Below are positions 10,680 to 20,141 of a stretch of 64,000 nt of DNA, in pieces. The notes beneath the pieces were generated by a model, which saw only the letters and a list, made by a program, of their open reading frames with translations, was not told the DNA's origin and ran no database searches. The stretch lies in sequence record ON529853.1; one strand, 5' to 3'. Made by a program: the position numbers and the translations under genes. Position 1 is the first letter of the stretch. Each line of letters starts with the position of its first letter.

Positions 10680-11986
10680 CCCGCCAACCCGACTTCCGGC
10701 AGGCGCGGGCGCAGGTAGGGGACCAGGATGGCCGGCATGTCGACGCCGCCGTCGTCGGTCTGGTGGTTCTCGAACAGCGCCGCCAGGGTGCGGCCGACCG
10801 CCAGGCCGGAGCCGTTCAGGCTGTGCAGGTAGCCCAGCTTGCCGTCCGCCTGACGATAGCGACCCTTCATCCGCCGGGTCTGAAAGTCGCCGCACCAGGA
10901 GATCGAAGCGATCTCGACATAGCGTTGCTGGCTGGGCATCCAGACTTCCAGGTCGATGGTCTTGCGGGCGGCGAAGCCCATGTCGCCGGCGGCCAGCAGC
11001 ACCTTGCGATAGGGCAGGTCGAGGTATTGCAGGACCGTCTCGGCGCAGGCGACCTTGCGGGCGAACTCGGCCTCGGCCTGTTCAGGCTCGACCAGCGAGA
11101 CCAATTCCACCTTGTGGAACTGGTGTTGCCGGATCAGGCCGGTGGTGTCGCGCCCGGCGGCCCCGGCTTCGGCGCGGAAACAGGGCGTCAGGGCGGTGAA
11201 ACGCAGCGGCAGAGCCTCGCGCTCGGTGGTCTGCTCGCGCACCAGATTGGTCAGCGGCACCTCGCCCGTGGGGATCAGCAGGTTGCCGTCCGTCAACTGG
11301 AAGAGGTCGTCCTTGAACTTCGGCCATTGCCCGGTGGCGTACATGACGTTCGGCTTGACGATGAACGGCACCGACTTCTCGACATAGCCGTGCCGGTGCA
11401 CATGCAGGTCGAGCATGAACTGGCCCAGGGCGCGCTCGACGCTGGCGAAGGCGCCCGACAGGACGGCGTAGCGCGATCCGCTCAGCCAGCCGGCGACGGC
11501 GCTGTCATAGCTGTCCCCGGCCAGGGTGACATGGTCCTGGGGCTCGACGTAGGCGCGCCGCTGGCCCCATTCACTGAGAACGATGTTGTTCGCTTCTCCG
11601 CCCTCAGGGATGTCCTCGGCAGGCAGGTTCGGCAGTTGGTCCACCAGGCCCTCGCGGGCCTTGTAAAGGGCGTCCTCCTGCTTCGCCAACCGCTCCAGTC
11701 GCGGTTTGATCTCCACCATGCGCGCGCGCAGGGTCTCTTCCTCGGTCGGAGGCGCATCGTCTTCCCGCGCCGCCACCACGGGCCGATCGCCCCGGCGGAA
11801 TTCTCCGATCCGGGCCGAGATGGCGTTGCGTTCGGTCTGGAGCGCCTGGAGTTCGGTGCGGGTCGTCTGGAGGTCGCGGTGCGTCTCGCGGGCGTCGTCG
11901 ACGATGGCCTTCACCGCCCCGCCGCGTTTGGCGATCGCCGCGACGACCGCGTCCGGCTCATTGTCGATCAGGTGGAAATCAAGCAT
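10676..11986 (-). CDS. serS: Seryl-tRNA synthetase (bacterial type, full length)
   Basis: N-terminal coiled-coil arm, PTGEVPL, motif 2 CFRAEAGAAGRDTTGLIRQHQFHKVE, DLEVWMP, GDFQTRR, motif 3 LNGSGLAVGRT. Confidence 0.95.
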   Translation of the reverse strand: MLDFHLIDNEPDAVVAAIAKRGGAVKAIVDDARETHRDLQTTRTELQALQTERNAISARIGEFRRGDRPVVAAREDDAPPTEEETLRARMVEIKPRLERLAKQEDALYKAREGLVDQLPNLPAEDIPEGGEANNIVLSEWGQRRAYVEPQDHVTLAGDSYDSAVAGWLSGSRYAVLSGAFASVERALGQFMLDLHVHRHGYVEKSVPFIVKPNVMYATGQWPKFKDDLFQLTDGNLLIPTGEVPLTNLVREQTTEREALPLRFTALTPCFRAEAGAAGRDTTGLIRQHQFHKVELVSLVEPEQAEAEFARKVACAETVLQYLDLPYRKVLLAAGDMGFAARKTIDLEVWMPSQQRYVEIASISWCGDFQTRRMKGRYRQADGKLGYLHSLNGSGLAVGRTLAALFENHQTDDGGVDMPAILVPYLRPRLPEVGLAG

Positions 11987-12545
11987 CGTCGTCCTCGTCG
12001 TCGGGTGAGAAGGTCGGCTCGATCTTCACGATCTCGCCTTGGGCGTCCAGCAGATAGGCCTGCTGTCCGATGGCGGGCGCCGACTTGGCGAAGGCCTGGG
12101 CCTCTTCGAGGGTGTTGAACACGGCGCGCGTGAGGCGCCAGCCCCAGAAAATTTCATCCAGTGACGGCGGGCTCCGATCAGAGCACCGCAACCGGTAGGG
12201 CGTGTGAAGGTGCGCCTTCATCAAGCCCCATTGACCGGTCTCTAGGTCCTGCACCACGCGCCACGGCACGGGAGGCCCCTGCTCGCGCAGCGCCGCCTCC
12301 CGCTGATCCGAAGCGGCTTCGTATTCGTCCCAGCGGCGATCGTCGATCTTGCGCCGTGCCTGATCACGGCGGTGGCCTTCCGACCTGCGCAGGTCTTGCT
12401 CGGCAGCGGCTTCGCGACGCTCGGCCTCGACCTGGGAATCATGGGCGGCCCAGGCGTCGCGCTTGTGGTTGCGCCAGACGATCACGCCGAGCAGCACGAA
12501 GATGGCGGCGACGCCGGCGGCGATCACCAGCAGTTGATGCTGCAT
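11979..12545 (-). CDS. Membrane-anchored protein (N-terminal TM plus coiled coil)
   Basis: LLVIAAGVAAIFVLLGVIVW followed by a charged helix. Probable paralog of 13087..13689. Confidence 0.7.
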   Translation of the reverse strand: MQHQLLVIAAGVAAIFVLLGVIVWRNHKRDAWAAHDSQVEAERREAAAEQDLRRSEGHRRDQARRKIDDRRWDEYEAASDQREAALREQGPPVPWRVVQDLETGQWGLMKAHLHTPYRLRCSDRSPPSLDEIFWGWRLTRAVFNTLEEAQAFAKSAPAIGQQAYLLDAQGEIVKIEPTFSPDDEDDDA

Positions 12546-13090
12546 CAGGTCTTCCCCTTGATTCGCGCCACGGCGGCGTCATGACGGGCCTGCATGTCGG
12601 CGAGCGCTGCGGGCGTGGTGAGTTTACGGAAGACCCGCGCGTGGTGGCGTTCATCGGGCAGGGCCGAGACCAGGAAGCCCTTGATGTCGGCCGGCGTGCC
12701 CTCGTGGTCGAGCAGGACCTGGAAGCGCTCGGCCGCCAGGTGCTCGCCCATGTAGAAGACGGCGGCGCAGGTCTCCAGGCTGACCACGCCCTTATCCATG
12801 TCCTCCCAGTAGGTGCTCTCGGGAGGCGTCTCGGTGATCGGCCAGGCCCCGCGACCCTTCAGGACCGTCTCCAGCAGGGCGGCGTGGCGCAGTTCGTCGT
12901 CGCCGGTCTTCATGAAGATGTTCATGACGCCGATGTTACCGCCGCTCCATCGTTTGGCGGCCTGATAGTTGTCGTCGTAGCCGGCGTGTTCGGTCGCCCA
13001 CAGCTTCTGGAGCCAGCGGATCATGCGAGCGTCGTCGGCCAGCAGCTTGTCCCACCATTGACGGGTGAAGGCGTAATCTTCCGGGGTCAT
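12545..13090 (-). CDS. Ferritin-like (di-iron four-helix) protein
   Basis: Paired E...ExxH motifs: ATEH...DELRH and GEH...DERHH. Confidence 0.7.
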   Translation of the reverse strand: MTPEDYAFTRQWWDKLLADDARMIRWLQKLWATEHAGYDDNYQAAKRWSGGNIGVMNIFMKTGDDELRHAALLETVLKGRGAWPITETPPESTYWEDMDKGVVSLETCAAVFYMGEHLAAERFQVLLDHEGTPADIKGFLVSALPDERHHARVFRKLTTPAALADMQARHDAAVARIKGKT

Positions 13091-13689
13091 GCGATGACGC
13101 GCGTCGGCAGGAGGGCGATCGACGGGGCGCCGAGCGGGTGACCCGTGGCGTTGTAGCCCCAGGCGGTATCCCTTGGATGGAGGCAGACCCCCAGCCAGCG
13201 CTCCGCATCGGGCGCCGTCGGGAAGCTGTGGCGCGTTTCGATCCGCGTATAGTGGGACGTGTATTGAGGGGTCTCCGCCGGCGGCGCTTCCGTATAGAAG
13301 GAGTGGTGCTTGCCGTGCTGGTCATAGACGAATTCATACGGACGGAAGGCGCGCTCGCCGTGGACCTCCCGTTTGAAGACGTGGTAGTTGGGATAGTCCG
13401 CACCGGTCGCCATGCGAATGATGTAGGCGGGGTCGGTGGTTTCGTCCTCAAAGGCGTTGCGCGCCGCTTCCACGCGCTTGTCGTAGGCCTCCCACAGGGG
13501 CTCGACTTCCTCATGCCGCGCACGCAGGCGCTCAAACTTCAGGCGCGCGGCCTCGTCGCTGGCGGCCTCCGCCGCCTTCTTGGCCTGAGCCTCGATCCAG
13601 GCCCGGTGGAACTTGCCGCTATGGTAACCGGCGTAGAAGACGCCGAGGCTGACCAGGAAGCCCAGGAAAAGAGAAAGGTAGATGTTCAC
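13087..13689 (-). CDS. Membrane-anchored protein (N-terminal TM plus coiled coil)
   Basis: Likely GTG start (MNIYLSLFLGFLVSLGVFY) downstream of the 13716-13744 promoter. Confidence 0.65.
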   Translation of the reverse strand: MNIYLSLFLGFLVSLGVFYAGYHSGKFHRAWIEAQAKKAAEAASDEAARLKFERLRARHEEVEPLWEAYDKRVEAARNAFEDETTDPAYIIRMATGADYPNYHVFKREVHGERAFRPYEFVYDQHGKHHSFYTEAPPAETPQYTSHYTRIETRHSFPTAPDAERWLGVCLHPRDTAWGYNATGHPLGAPSIALLPTRVIA

Positions 13690-13715
13690 GGAAACCCCGA
13701 TGTCAGTTTTCGCGA

Positions 13716-13744
13716 CACTAGCTGCCGCGATCACTGGCTGTCAA
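13716..13744 (-). promoter_or_regulatory. sigma70-type promoter TTGACA-N17-CTAGTG with downstream CTGACA
   Basis: Read on minus strand. GCTAGTG resembles the Caulobacter RpoD -10 element. Confidence 0.6.
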
Positions 13745-15436
13745 CGCTCGGGGTCGGGAAAATCTTTCACCAGCAACGCGTCCAGAATGGGCTTGAGGTC
13801 CTCGACGTCGCGGGCCTCGGTGAGGCGCATGCGCAACTCCCGCCCGCGCAGGATGGCCCTCGCCTGGTTGTAGGAGACGCCCAGTTTGGCGCTCAGCGCC
13901 TTCACCTCGGGCAGGGCGACGCGGGAGCGGCCGAACGGCGTGACGTCTTCGGCCGGATACTCCGCCGCACCCCCGCCGTCGAACACCACCAGGCGCCGCC
14001 CCAGGGTCTCGGCGACAAAGACGCCCTTGCCCCAGTCGTCACGCTCGCGGATGTAGATGCGCACCTTGGACCCCGGCGTCAGACCGTCGTCGGTCTCGGA
14101 CTTGATCTCGTGCGGGTAGGGATCAGCGTCTTCCAGACGTTCGATCTGGTGCGCGGGCCAGTTGGCGATCCAGGGTCCAGCCTTATGCGCCACCAGAGGC
14201 GCGCACAGGAAGGCCGCTCCCTCGGGCGCGCCCGGATAAAGGGCCACGACCCAACCGCGCGCGTGCTCATAGCCGTCGCTGAAGACCACGCGCGCCGCCT
14301 CGCCGACAAGCGGTGCACGGCCCTGCGGGGACCACGCCCGGCGGCGGCTCGGTGCGTTGCGGGATTTCGAGCGGAACAGGTGCATAAGGTCCCCTAGTGC
14401 AGCGTGCGGTGCGGAAAGGCGTCGAGACGAATGATCGCCCCCGCCATCGCCGACGCGATCTCTTGCGAGCAGCAGATTTCCACCTCCTCGTTGAAATCGG
14501 CGAAAACAATGCTCTCGATGTCGTCGTTGTGGTCTCGCTCCACCGTGATGCAGTAGCCGTCTTGATCCAGGCCGGGGATGTCATCGGACATGAAGACGAC
14601 GGTCTCGCTGTCGGGTGCAGGGGCCAGGGGGCGGCGGAACAACAGCCCCACCGCTTCAGCGAACAGCAAGGCCACCTCGATCGGCGCCTGCAAGATGTCG
14701 CCCTCGGCGTGGTCGATGATCGCCACCGCGTCGATCCGGCCCGAGCCCTCACGCGCCGTCTTGATCTCGAAGCCTTCTTCGAAGCCCTCGGGGTCCTCAT
14801 TCGACGCGTAAATCGTGGACACAGCGTACTCGGTGAAAATCATCCGGTCTCCTTGGCTTGCGTTCGTTGACAGAACTAGCGCTTATGCTTGCGCGTGTCG
14901 GCGCGGTCAAGCGCCTTCTTCCATAGATCGAGCATGCTACGCTGAATGGAGGCCAGGCCGCGCAATTCCGGGGGCGTGAGCACGATCCCGTCCAGAATCC
15001 CCGTCTTGCGCATCGCCTTGAAACCAGGGGCGCGCTCGAACTCGGAGGCCGACTTCTCGATCTGGTCGATGGCGTTCAGACGTTCGGCGGCCGCCGCCAC
15101 GCCCTCACGCGCCGCGTCCTGGAAGGCGTAATACAGGCCCTCAGGCAGATCGATCCGACAATAGACCTCGCCGGCCTCGTCGCCGCCGGCCTCGTAGAAT
15201 TGCGGGGTGTACGCCGGGTCCCAGCGCTCCGCCTCCGTGGGGCGACGGATCACCTTGAGGCCCTGCGTGCCCAGCAGCGCGGCGATCGCATCCTCAATCT
15301 CCACAGGCGTCGGGGCCGCCTGCACCTGCTCGCCGTCGACATCCTGATCCAGGTGAGACGGGTAGGACAGCATCCACCCCCGATCCTTCAGATGGCGGCG
15401 GAGCGTATGGATATGCGGCGTCAGCGCTTCATCCAT
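13741..15436 (-). CDS. Three hypothetical proteins (13741..14385, 14394..14843, 14876..15436)
   Basis: ORF track, RBSs present. No family recognised. Confidence 0.65.
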
Positions 15437-15585
15437 CGCGCCGCCTCCCAGGCCACGAACATCAGCAGGCCGATGAAGGCGCCCTGCACCAGCGAGCGCG
15501 CCAGCCAGCCGATCGTATTGAGGCCCAGCATCAGGACGATGCCGAGCAGGATGCTGATGGTCAGGCCGATCAGGTGGGTCTTCAA
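15421..15585 (-). CDS. 54-aa two-TM membrane protein (below ORF-track cutoff)
   Basis: Hand translation MKTHLIGLTISILLGIVLMLGLNTIGWLARSLVQGAFIGLLMFVAWEAARWMKR. TTGA overlap with the XRE stop. Confidence 0.65.
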   Translation of the reverse strand: MKTHLIGLTISILLGIVLMLGLNTIGWLARSLVQGAFIGLLMFVAWEAARWMKR

Positions 15586-16028
15586 GACTTGGATTCCTTC
15601 AGTTCGGTGAGGGAGGTCACCAGGGCGGCGACGACCTTGCGGCGCCCCGGCGACAGGGCGGTGAAATCGGCCAGCAGCTTGACGCCGCCCTGGGCCAGCA
15701 GGGCCGAGTGATCATCCATGAGGGCCGGGTCCGTCGCCGGGAAATTCGACGACGGGTCCTTGTAGAAGTAGTTGGGCGAGACCTGGAGGGTCTCGGCCAG
15801 CAGGTGGATCGTTCCCGCCATCAGCCGGTTTTCGCCGGATTCGTATTTGGCGATCTGCTGCGGCGTCAGGTTCATCTTCAGGGCCAGAGCCTTCTGGGTC
15901 AGGCCGATCTCGGTGCGCCGCGTCAAAAGCCGCGTGGCGATGCGCCGGTCCACCTCAGCGGTGTTGTAGCGTTCGCCGTTCTTGCGTCCGGTCGAGACCT
16001 TCTTGGGCTTCTGGGGAATGTCGGTCAT
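15582..16028 (-). CDS. XRE-family HTH transcriptional regulator (alphaproteobacterial type)
   Basis: VDRRIATRL..RR..IGLTQKALA..MNLTPQQIAKYESGENR...LA..LQVSPNYFY pattern. Confidence 0.9.
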   Translation of the reverse strand: MTDIPQKPKKVSTGRKNGERYNTAEVDRRIATRLLTRRTEIGLTQKALALKMNLTPQQIAKYESGENRLMAGTIHLLAETLQVSPNYFYKDPSSNFPATDPALMDDHSALLAQGGVKLLADFTALSPGRRKVVAALVTSLTELKESKS

Positions 16029-16036
16029 AGGTACTC

Positions 16037-18163
16037 TTACGCAATCAGGGGTTCGTAGCCGCCGTTTTCACGCGTGCGGCGGAAGCAGTTCAGGTGTTCG
16101 GGCGGGCGGAGATTCGGGTGCAGCTTCGCCAGGGCCTTCCGGCCGGATTTGGACAGAGGCGCCTTGACCCTGAAGTCCATCTTCAGCCACGGATTGTGAA
16201 CCATCCAGGCGACCGGATCGATCCGGGTGAGCAGGTGATTGCCCTTGTGGTCCGCCTTGACGTCATGGTGCTGGAGCACGTCGGGCAGGTCCTGGACCGC
16301 GACCCCGCAGAGCCAGGCGATGTCCGCCGCCGTGTGCGGGGAGAAGATGGCGGCGTAGGTCGCCTTGGCCTCGTTGACCGCGCAGAGTTCGCCGCGCCCG
16401 TAGCCTTCATAGCTTCCGAGGCTGAAGCCGGCATGACGGCTCACAAGATCGCCGTAGTCCACCATCTTGGACGGGATGGTGAGGTCATAGGTCGTCAGGA
16501 AGCGCGAATAGGTCTGGCGCAAAGTCCCCTCGCCGACCCTGTGCTCGGCTCCGTGGGCGGTTGCGTAGGCCGAGAAGCCGTCGCCGGTCGGTCGCCCAAC
16601 CCAGACCTCGCCCAGGGCGGCGACTTCCAGCAGGCGCGCGCGATTGGCCGTGACCCTGGCCTTGAACCAGGCGAGGACCTCGTCCTTGCGCCGCTCGTAC
16701 TCGGCTTCCGCCAGCACCTGGACCTGCTTGGCGTAGGTGGCGCGGGCCAGGAATTTGCGGTCGGCGTCGAGTTGTTCGGCCGGGCCGAAGGCGGTCAGCC
16801 GCATGGGCTCGATCGTGGCGACCTTGCGGGCCGCCGCGATGTCATGATTGGAGAAGGGCTTGAGGGCGCTTTCCTTGTCTTTTTCCGCAACCTTGACCGA
16901 CTGACCGTCGGCGGGCGTGATCCTGTAGACGTCGCCGGCGTGACCCAGCAGGTTCAGCGGCGCGTCGCTCAGCGCCGGCGCATAGCGGCGCTCCAGCCAG
17001 GCGTTGTGATCGCCGCCCTTCTTGCCCAGCGCCTTCTCGTCATGGGCGGCGTCGGGGCCGATGTCGGTGACCGTCAAGGCCGGCAGGCCCAGGGTCTTGA
17101 CGTTGGTCACCGGCAGGTGGGCCGCCCGCGCCAGCAGGGCCATTTCGTTTTCTGGGCGGATCATCTCTCCGGTGTAGGAGAGTTGCGGCGCTTTGAAGCC
17201 CTGCTTCCAGAACTTCTGCACGATCAGGTCGAGCATCATCGTCAACCAGATGGTCTCATGGGCGCCGATCTCGCCGATCTTCTTGGTCTTGACGCCGTCT
17301 TCGTCGTAAACGGCGACGCCGGACTCCTCGCTCGCGGCGAAGATCAGGCGACCCTTCTCGTCCCAGTCGACGTTGAGCAGTTCGTAGGGATACCAGTTAC
17401 GCGAGATGCGCGCGTCCATGGCCTTGTCGGGCCGGCGCGCCATCTTCGACGCCAGCGGATGAGCGTGCTTGGGCACATCCGTCAGCACGAACAGGTTGGC
17501 GCCGTTGCGGATCGCGAAGGCGAAGAAGGTGTCGTAGATGAAGGGGTCTCGGATCATCGCCAGGCACACGCCCGACGGGGTCGCGGTCATGGCCCCGAGG
17601 AAGGAGTTGATGTTCCAGTATTGGCGGATCGATTCGACGTAGACCGGCTTGACCTGCGGGTCTTCGCCCTGGCCGTCCAGGAACTGGTCGACGTGCAGGT
17701 TCTGGAGCGAGCGCAGGGCGTCGCGGCGCAGGATGGCGATGACGTCGGGCTTGGCGAGCAGGGCCTTGACGTCGTCGCGTTCGGCGGCGCCGTACTGGGA
17801 CAGGCCCTCGCGCAGCCGCTCGATGAAGGCGTCGCGCGCCTCGACGATCTCGGCGCGGTCGATGATCGCCAGCAGCTTCTTGGCGGTGGCGACCTGCTCG
17901 GCGATCTTCTCGGGGTTCTCCAGCAGGTCCTGCATGTTGGTGGTGGCCGATTTCAGCCAGTCCATCACATAGACCTTGAACATCAAGGTGGCGGTGATCT
18001 CGGTCGGATCGAGTTTCAGCGCCTCGCGCAGCCCATGGTAGGCGTCGCGCACGTTCCATTCGCCGATCGTGCGGGCCTTGACCGTGCCGTCGGCGCCGAC
18101 CTTGACGCCGGTCAGGTCGCCCCACAGTTCAATGGCGGCCCAGAGCGGGCTTTCCTCGTGCAT
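16037..18163 (-). CDS. Large hypothetical protein (708 aa)
   Basis: Long ORF with phage-like codon use, GGAGGAC RBS and class A promoter. No motif recognised. Confidence 0.8.
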   Translation of the reverse strand: MHEESPLWAAIELWGDLTGVKVGADGTVKARTIGEWNVRDAYHGLREALKLDPTEITATLMFKVYVMDWLKSATTNMQDLLENPEKIAEQVATAKKLLAIIDRAEIVEARDAFIERLREGLSQYGAAERDDVKALLAKPDVIAILRRDALRSLQNLHVDQFLDGQGEDPQVKPVYVESIRQYWNINSFLGAMTATPSGVCLAMIRDPFIYDTFFAFAIRNGANLFVLTDVPKHAHPLASKMARRPDKAMDARISRNWYPYELLNVDWDEKGRLIFAASEESGVAVYDEDGVKTKKIGEIGAHETIWLTMMLDLIVQKFWKQGFKAPQLSYTGEMIRPENEMALLARAAHLPVTNVKTLGLPALTVTDIGPDAAHDEKALGKKGGDHNAWLERRYAPALSDAPLNLLGHAGDVYRITPADGQSVKVAEKDKESALKPFSNHDIAAARKVATIEPMRLTAFGPAEQLDADRKFLARATYAKQVQVLAEAEYERRKDEVLAWFKARVTANRARLLEVAALGEVWVGRPTGDGFSAYATAHGAEHRVGEGTLRQTYSRFLTTYDLTIPSKMVDYGDLVSRHAGFSLGSYEGYGRGELCAVNEAKATYAAIFSPHTAADIAWLCGVAVQDLPDVLQHHDVKADHKGNHLLTRIDPVAWMVHNPWLKMDFRVKAPLSKSGRKALAKLHPNLRPPEHLNCFRRTRENGGYEPLIA

Positions 18164-18193
18164 GTCAGTCCTCCTTCGTCGTCAACGGGAGGA

Positions 18194-18220
18194 TGTAAAG
18201 GAATGTTCCGAGCATGTCAA
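18194..18220 (-). promoter_or_regulatory. Class A phage promoter
   Basis: Minus strand TTGACATGCTCGGAACATTCCTTTACA. Confidence 0.8.
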
Positions 18221-19411
18221 GCCAACGCCGCACGACCCGCGTCAGTAATGACGGCAAAAGCGATCTTGGCGCCCTTGTGGGTCTTGTAGGGGCTGATCCT
18301 GGGCTCTTCCGTGATCAAGGCTTCACGGCGCAGGCGATTCGACACGCCGGGATTGATCTCCTGCATCGGCAGGGGAGCACGCGCCAGGCCGCGCAGAACG
18401 CCCAGGGCGTGGGCGGACAGCGGATGGGTCCGGGTCCCGTTGTTCGGCGGGATCGTCGTCTGATCCATGTGTTCCTCCGCTGCTGACATGACGGTTCTTA
18501 CGGCGCCGGGCGCCAGTCGTCAACGCTCAACGTCTGGGCGGAGGCCCATCAGGCGGCGGCGTGCGGCACGACGCCGAGCGCGCGCAGGGTCGCGATGTTG
18601 CCGGCGGCCTGGGCGATCACGCGGTCGCGCGCCGGGCCGTCCATGGCCGAGCCGAAGCCCTCGCTGACGGCGAAGGTCGTGCAGTCGGGATTGGAATCCT
18701 TGATCAGCCCGTAGAAGACGGCTTCGAACTCGCGATATTTGTCCGAGTTGTCCAGCTTCAGCCCAAGCGCCAGCAGTTCGCCGCGCAGGTGATCGAACGT
18801 CGCCGCGAAGAAGGCGTTCAGCGCCTTGGCGTCTTCATAGGCGCCCTCGGGGGCGTTCTCCGCGCAAGCCTCCAGCTTTTCAAGCTGGCTGTTCAGGTCG
18901 CGGGCGTTGATGCAGGTGCGGATGGTCATGGCGTGTCCTCCTCGAATGTCGTCAGCCGGGTTGTAAAGGAATGCTCTGCGTAATGCAAGCCCTAGTCAAC
19001 GCCGGACGATTCGATCTTCGCCCCGCGCTTGGGGGTCAGGCGCCAGTCCAGGAAGAACGCCCTGAAGCCGAGTTTGGACCGCATCAGTTGCAGGCCCAGC
19101 AGGTCGAACTGGATATACCCCCGGTCCTTGGTCAGCGCCTCCGACAGGCCGTAGTCTTCCACCGGTCCCGCCTGGTAGGCCCAGGCGAGGTTGAAGAGCC
19201 GGCTCACGCCCAGGGAGACAGCGTAGACGCGCTGGCTCTGATCCCAGTTGATGTCGAACCCGACCCCGAGAAGGCGGGCGCGTCGGGTCCAGCGGGTCGC
19301 CGGCCGGGACAGGCCGAGGAAGGGCGCCCAGTCATGGTGGTGGAAGGAGACCTTCAGCCAGGGACGGCTGATGCGGAAGGTTCCGGGAGCAGGGGCGGCG
19401 GGATGGGTCAT
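18217..19411 (-). CDS. Hypothetical proteins (18217..18489, 18549..18929, 18992..19411)
   Basis: ORF track. 18549..18929 and 18992..19411 have GGAGGAC RBSs. Confidence 0.65.
18962..18988 (-). promoter_or_regulatory. Class A phage promoter (degenerate -35)
   Basis: Minus strand TTGCATTACGCAGAGCATTCCTTTACA. Confidence 0.7.
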
Positions 19412-19439
19412 CAGGTCCTCCTTGGATGTCGTCCAGACC

Positions 19440-19468
19440 GCCTTAAATCATTCCTTTACAGATGTCAA
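19440..19468 (-). promoter_or_regulatory. Promoter TTGACA-N17-TAAGGC whose spacer carries the class A core in inverted orientation
   Basis: Minus strand TTGACA TCTGTAAAGGAATGATT TAAGGC, followed by GACGAC and AAGGAGGACC. Confidence 0.7.
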
Positions 19469-19587
19469 CGCCGACGAAAACAACGCCGGAACCAGCCCCA
19501 GTTGAACGTCACGGTTTTTCGGAAGGCTTCGTTGCGCATGATCCAGGGGCCGAAACGTCGGGCGTTCCAGGGGTCAGGCAGGTGCAT
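19465..19587 (-). CDS. 40-aa Trp/Arg-rich peptide (below ORF-track cutoff)
   Basis: Hand translation MHLPDPWNARRFGPWIMRNEAFRKTVTFNWGWFRRCFRRR. GAGG upstream. Fills an otherwise empty gap. Confidence 0.45.
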   Translation of the reverse strand: MHLPDPWNARRFGPWIMRNEAFRKTVTFNWGWFRRCFRRR

Positions 19588-19608
19588 GGCGGGCCTCGTA
19601 AACGACTA

Positions 19609-19639
19609 AGGCCGCCCACCTTAACCAAGCGGGCGGCCT
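19609..19639. terminator. GC-rich hairpin after 19653..20141
   Basis: AGGCCGCCC...GGGCGGCCT inverted repeat with no clear U-tract. Confidence 0.4.
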
Positions 19640-19652
19640 CGTCTAGCCTTGA

Positions 19653-20141
19653 TCACGTAAACTCGAACTGGTCGTGACAGGAACCCTGGCAATCCATCGG
19701 GGCCAGGTCCGCCAGAACGTCGTAGACGGCGCGCACCCTGGGATCGCCTTCGGGCTCCAGCTTGACCCCGTACTTGGCCGCGACGGTGTAGGTGTCGTCG
19801 CCGACATCAATCTCCACCGACAGCGCCAGCTTGGTGTAGCGGCCGACGTATTCGCCACGCGCCTTCTTGGCCTTGTCCCAGCGGTCCAGATCAGCGATGA
19901 CCCGGAACGCCTGGGCCTTCGCCAGGGCCATGCCCATTTGCGCCCAGTCCTCGTCGTCGAACAGGTCCGCTTCGGGCGGCACAAAGACCTTGAACATCGC
20001 CTTGTATTGGTCGAAGCGCTTGCGCGCGCCGGGGTGGCCGCACATCATGGCGGTCGCCGCCGCCAGGCCCATCGCCTGCATCAGCATGGGTGCGTCGGTG
20101 ACGTCGAACTCGATCGTTCGCGTGTTGCGGCTGTTGCTCAT
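19653..20141 (-). CDS. Hypothetical protein
   Basis: Start MSNSRNT after AGGAGGACC and the class A element. Confidence 0.7.
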   Translation of the reverse strand: MSNSRNTRTIEFDVTDAPMLMQAMGLAAATAMMCGHPGARKRFDQYKAMFKVFVPPEADLFDDEDWAQMGMALAKAQAFRVIADLDRWDKAKKARGEYVGRYTKLALSVEIDVGDDTYTVAAKYGVKLEPEGDPRVRAVYDVLADLAPMDCQGSCHDQFEFT

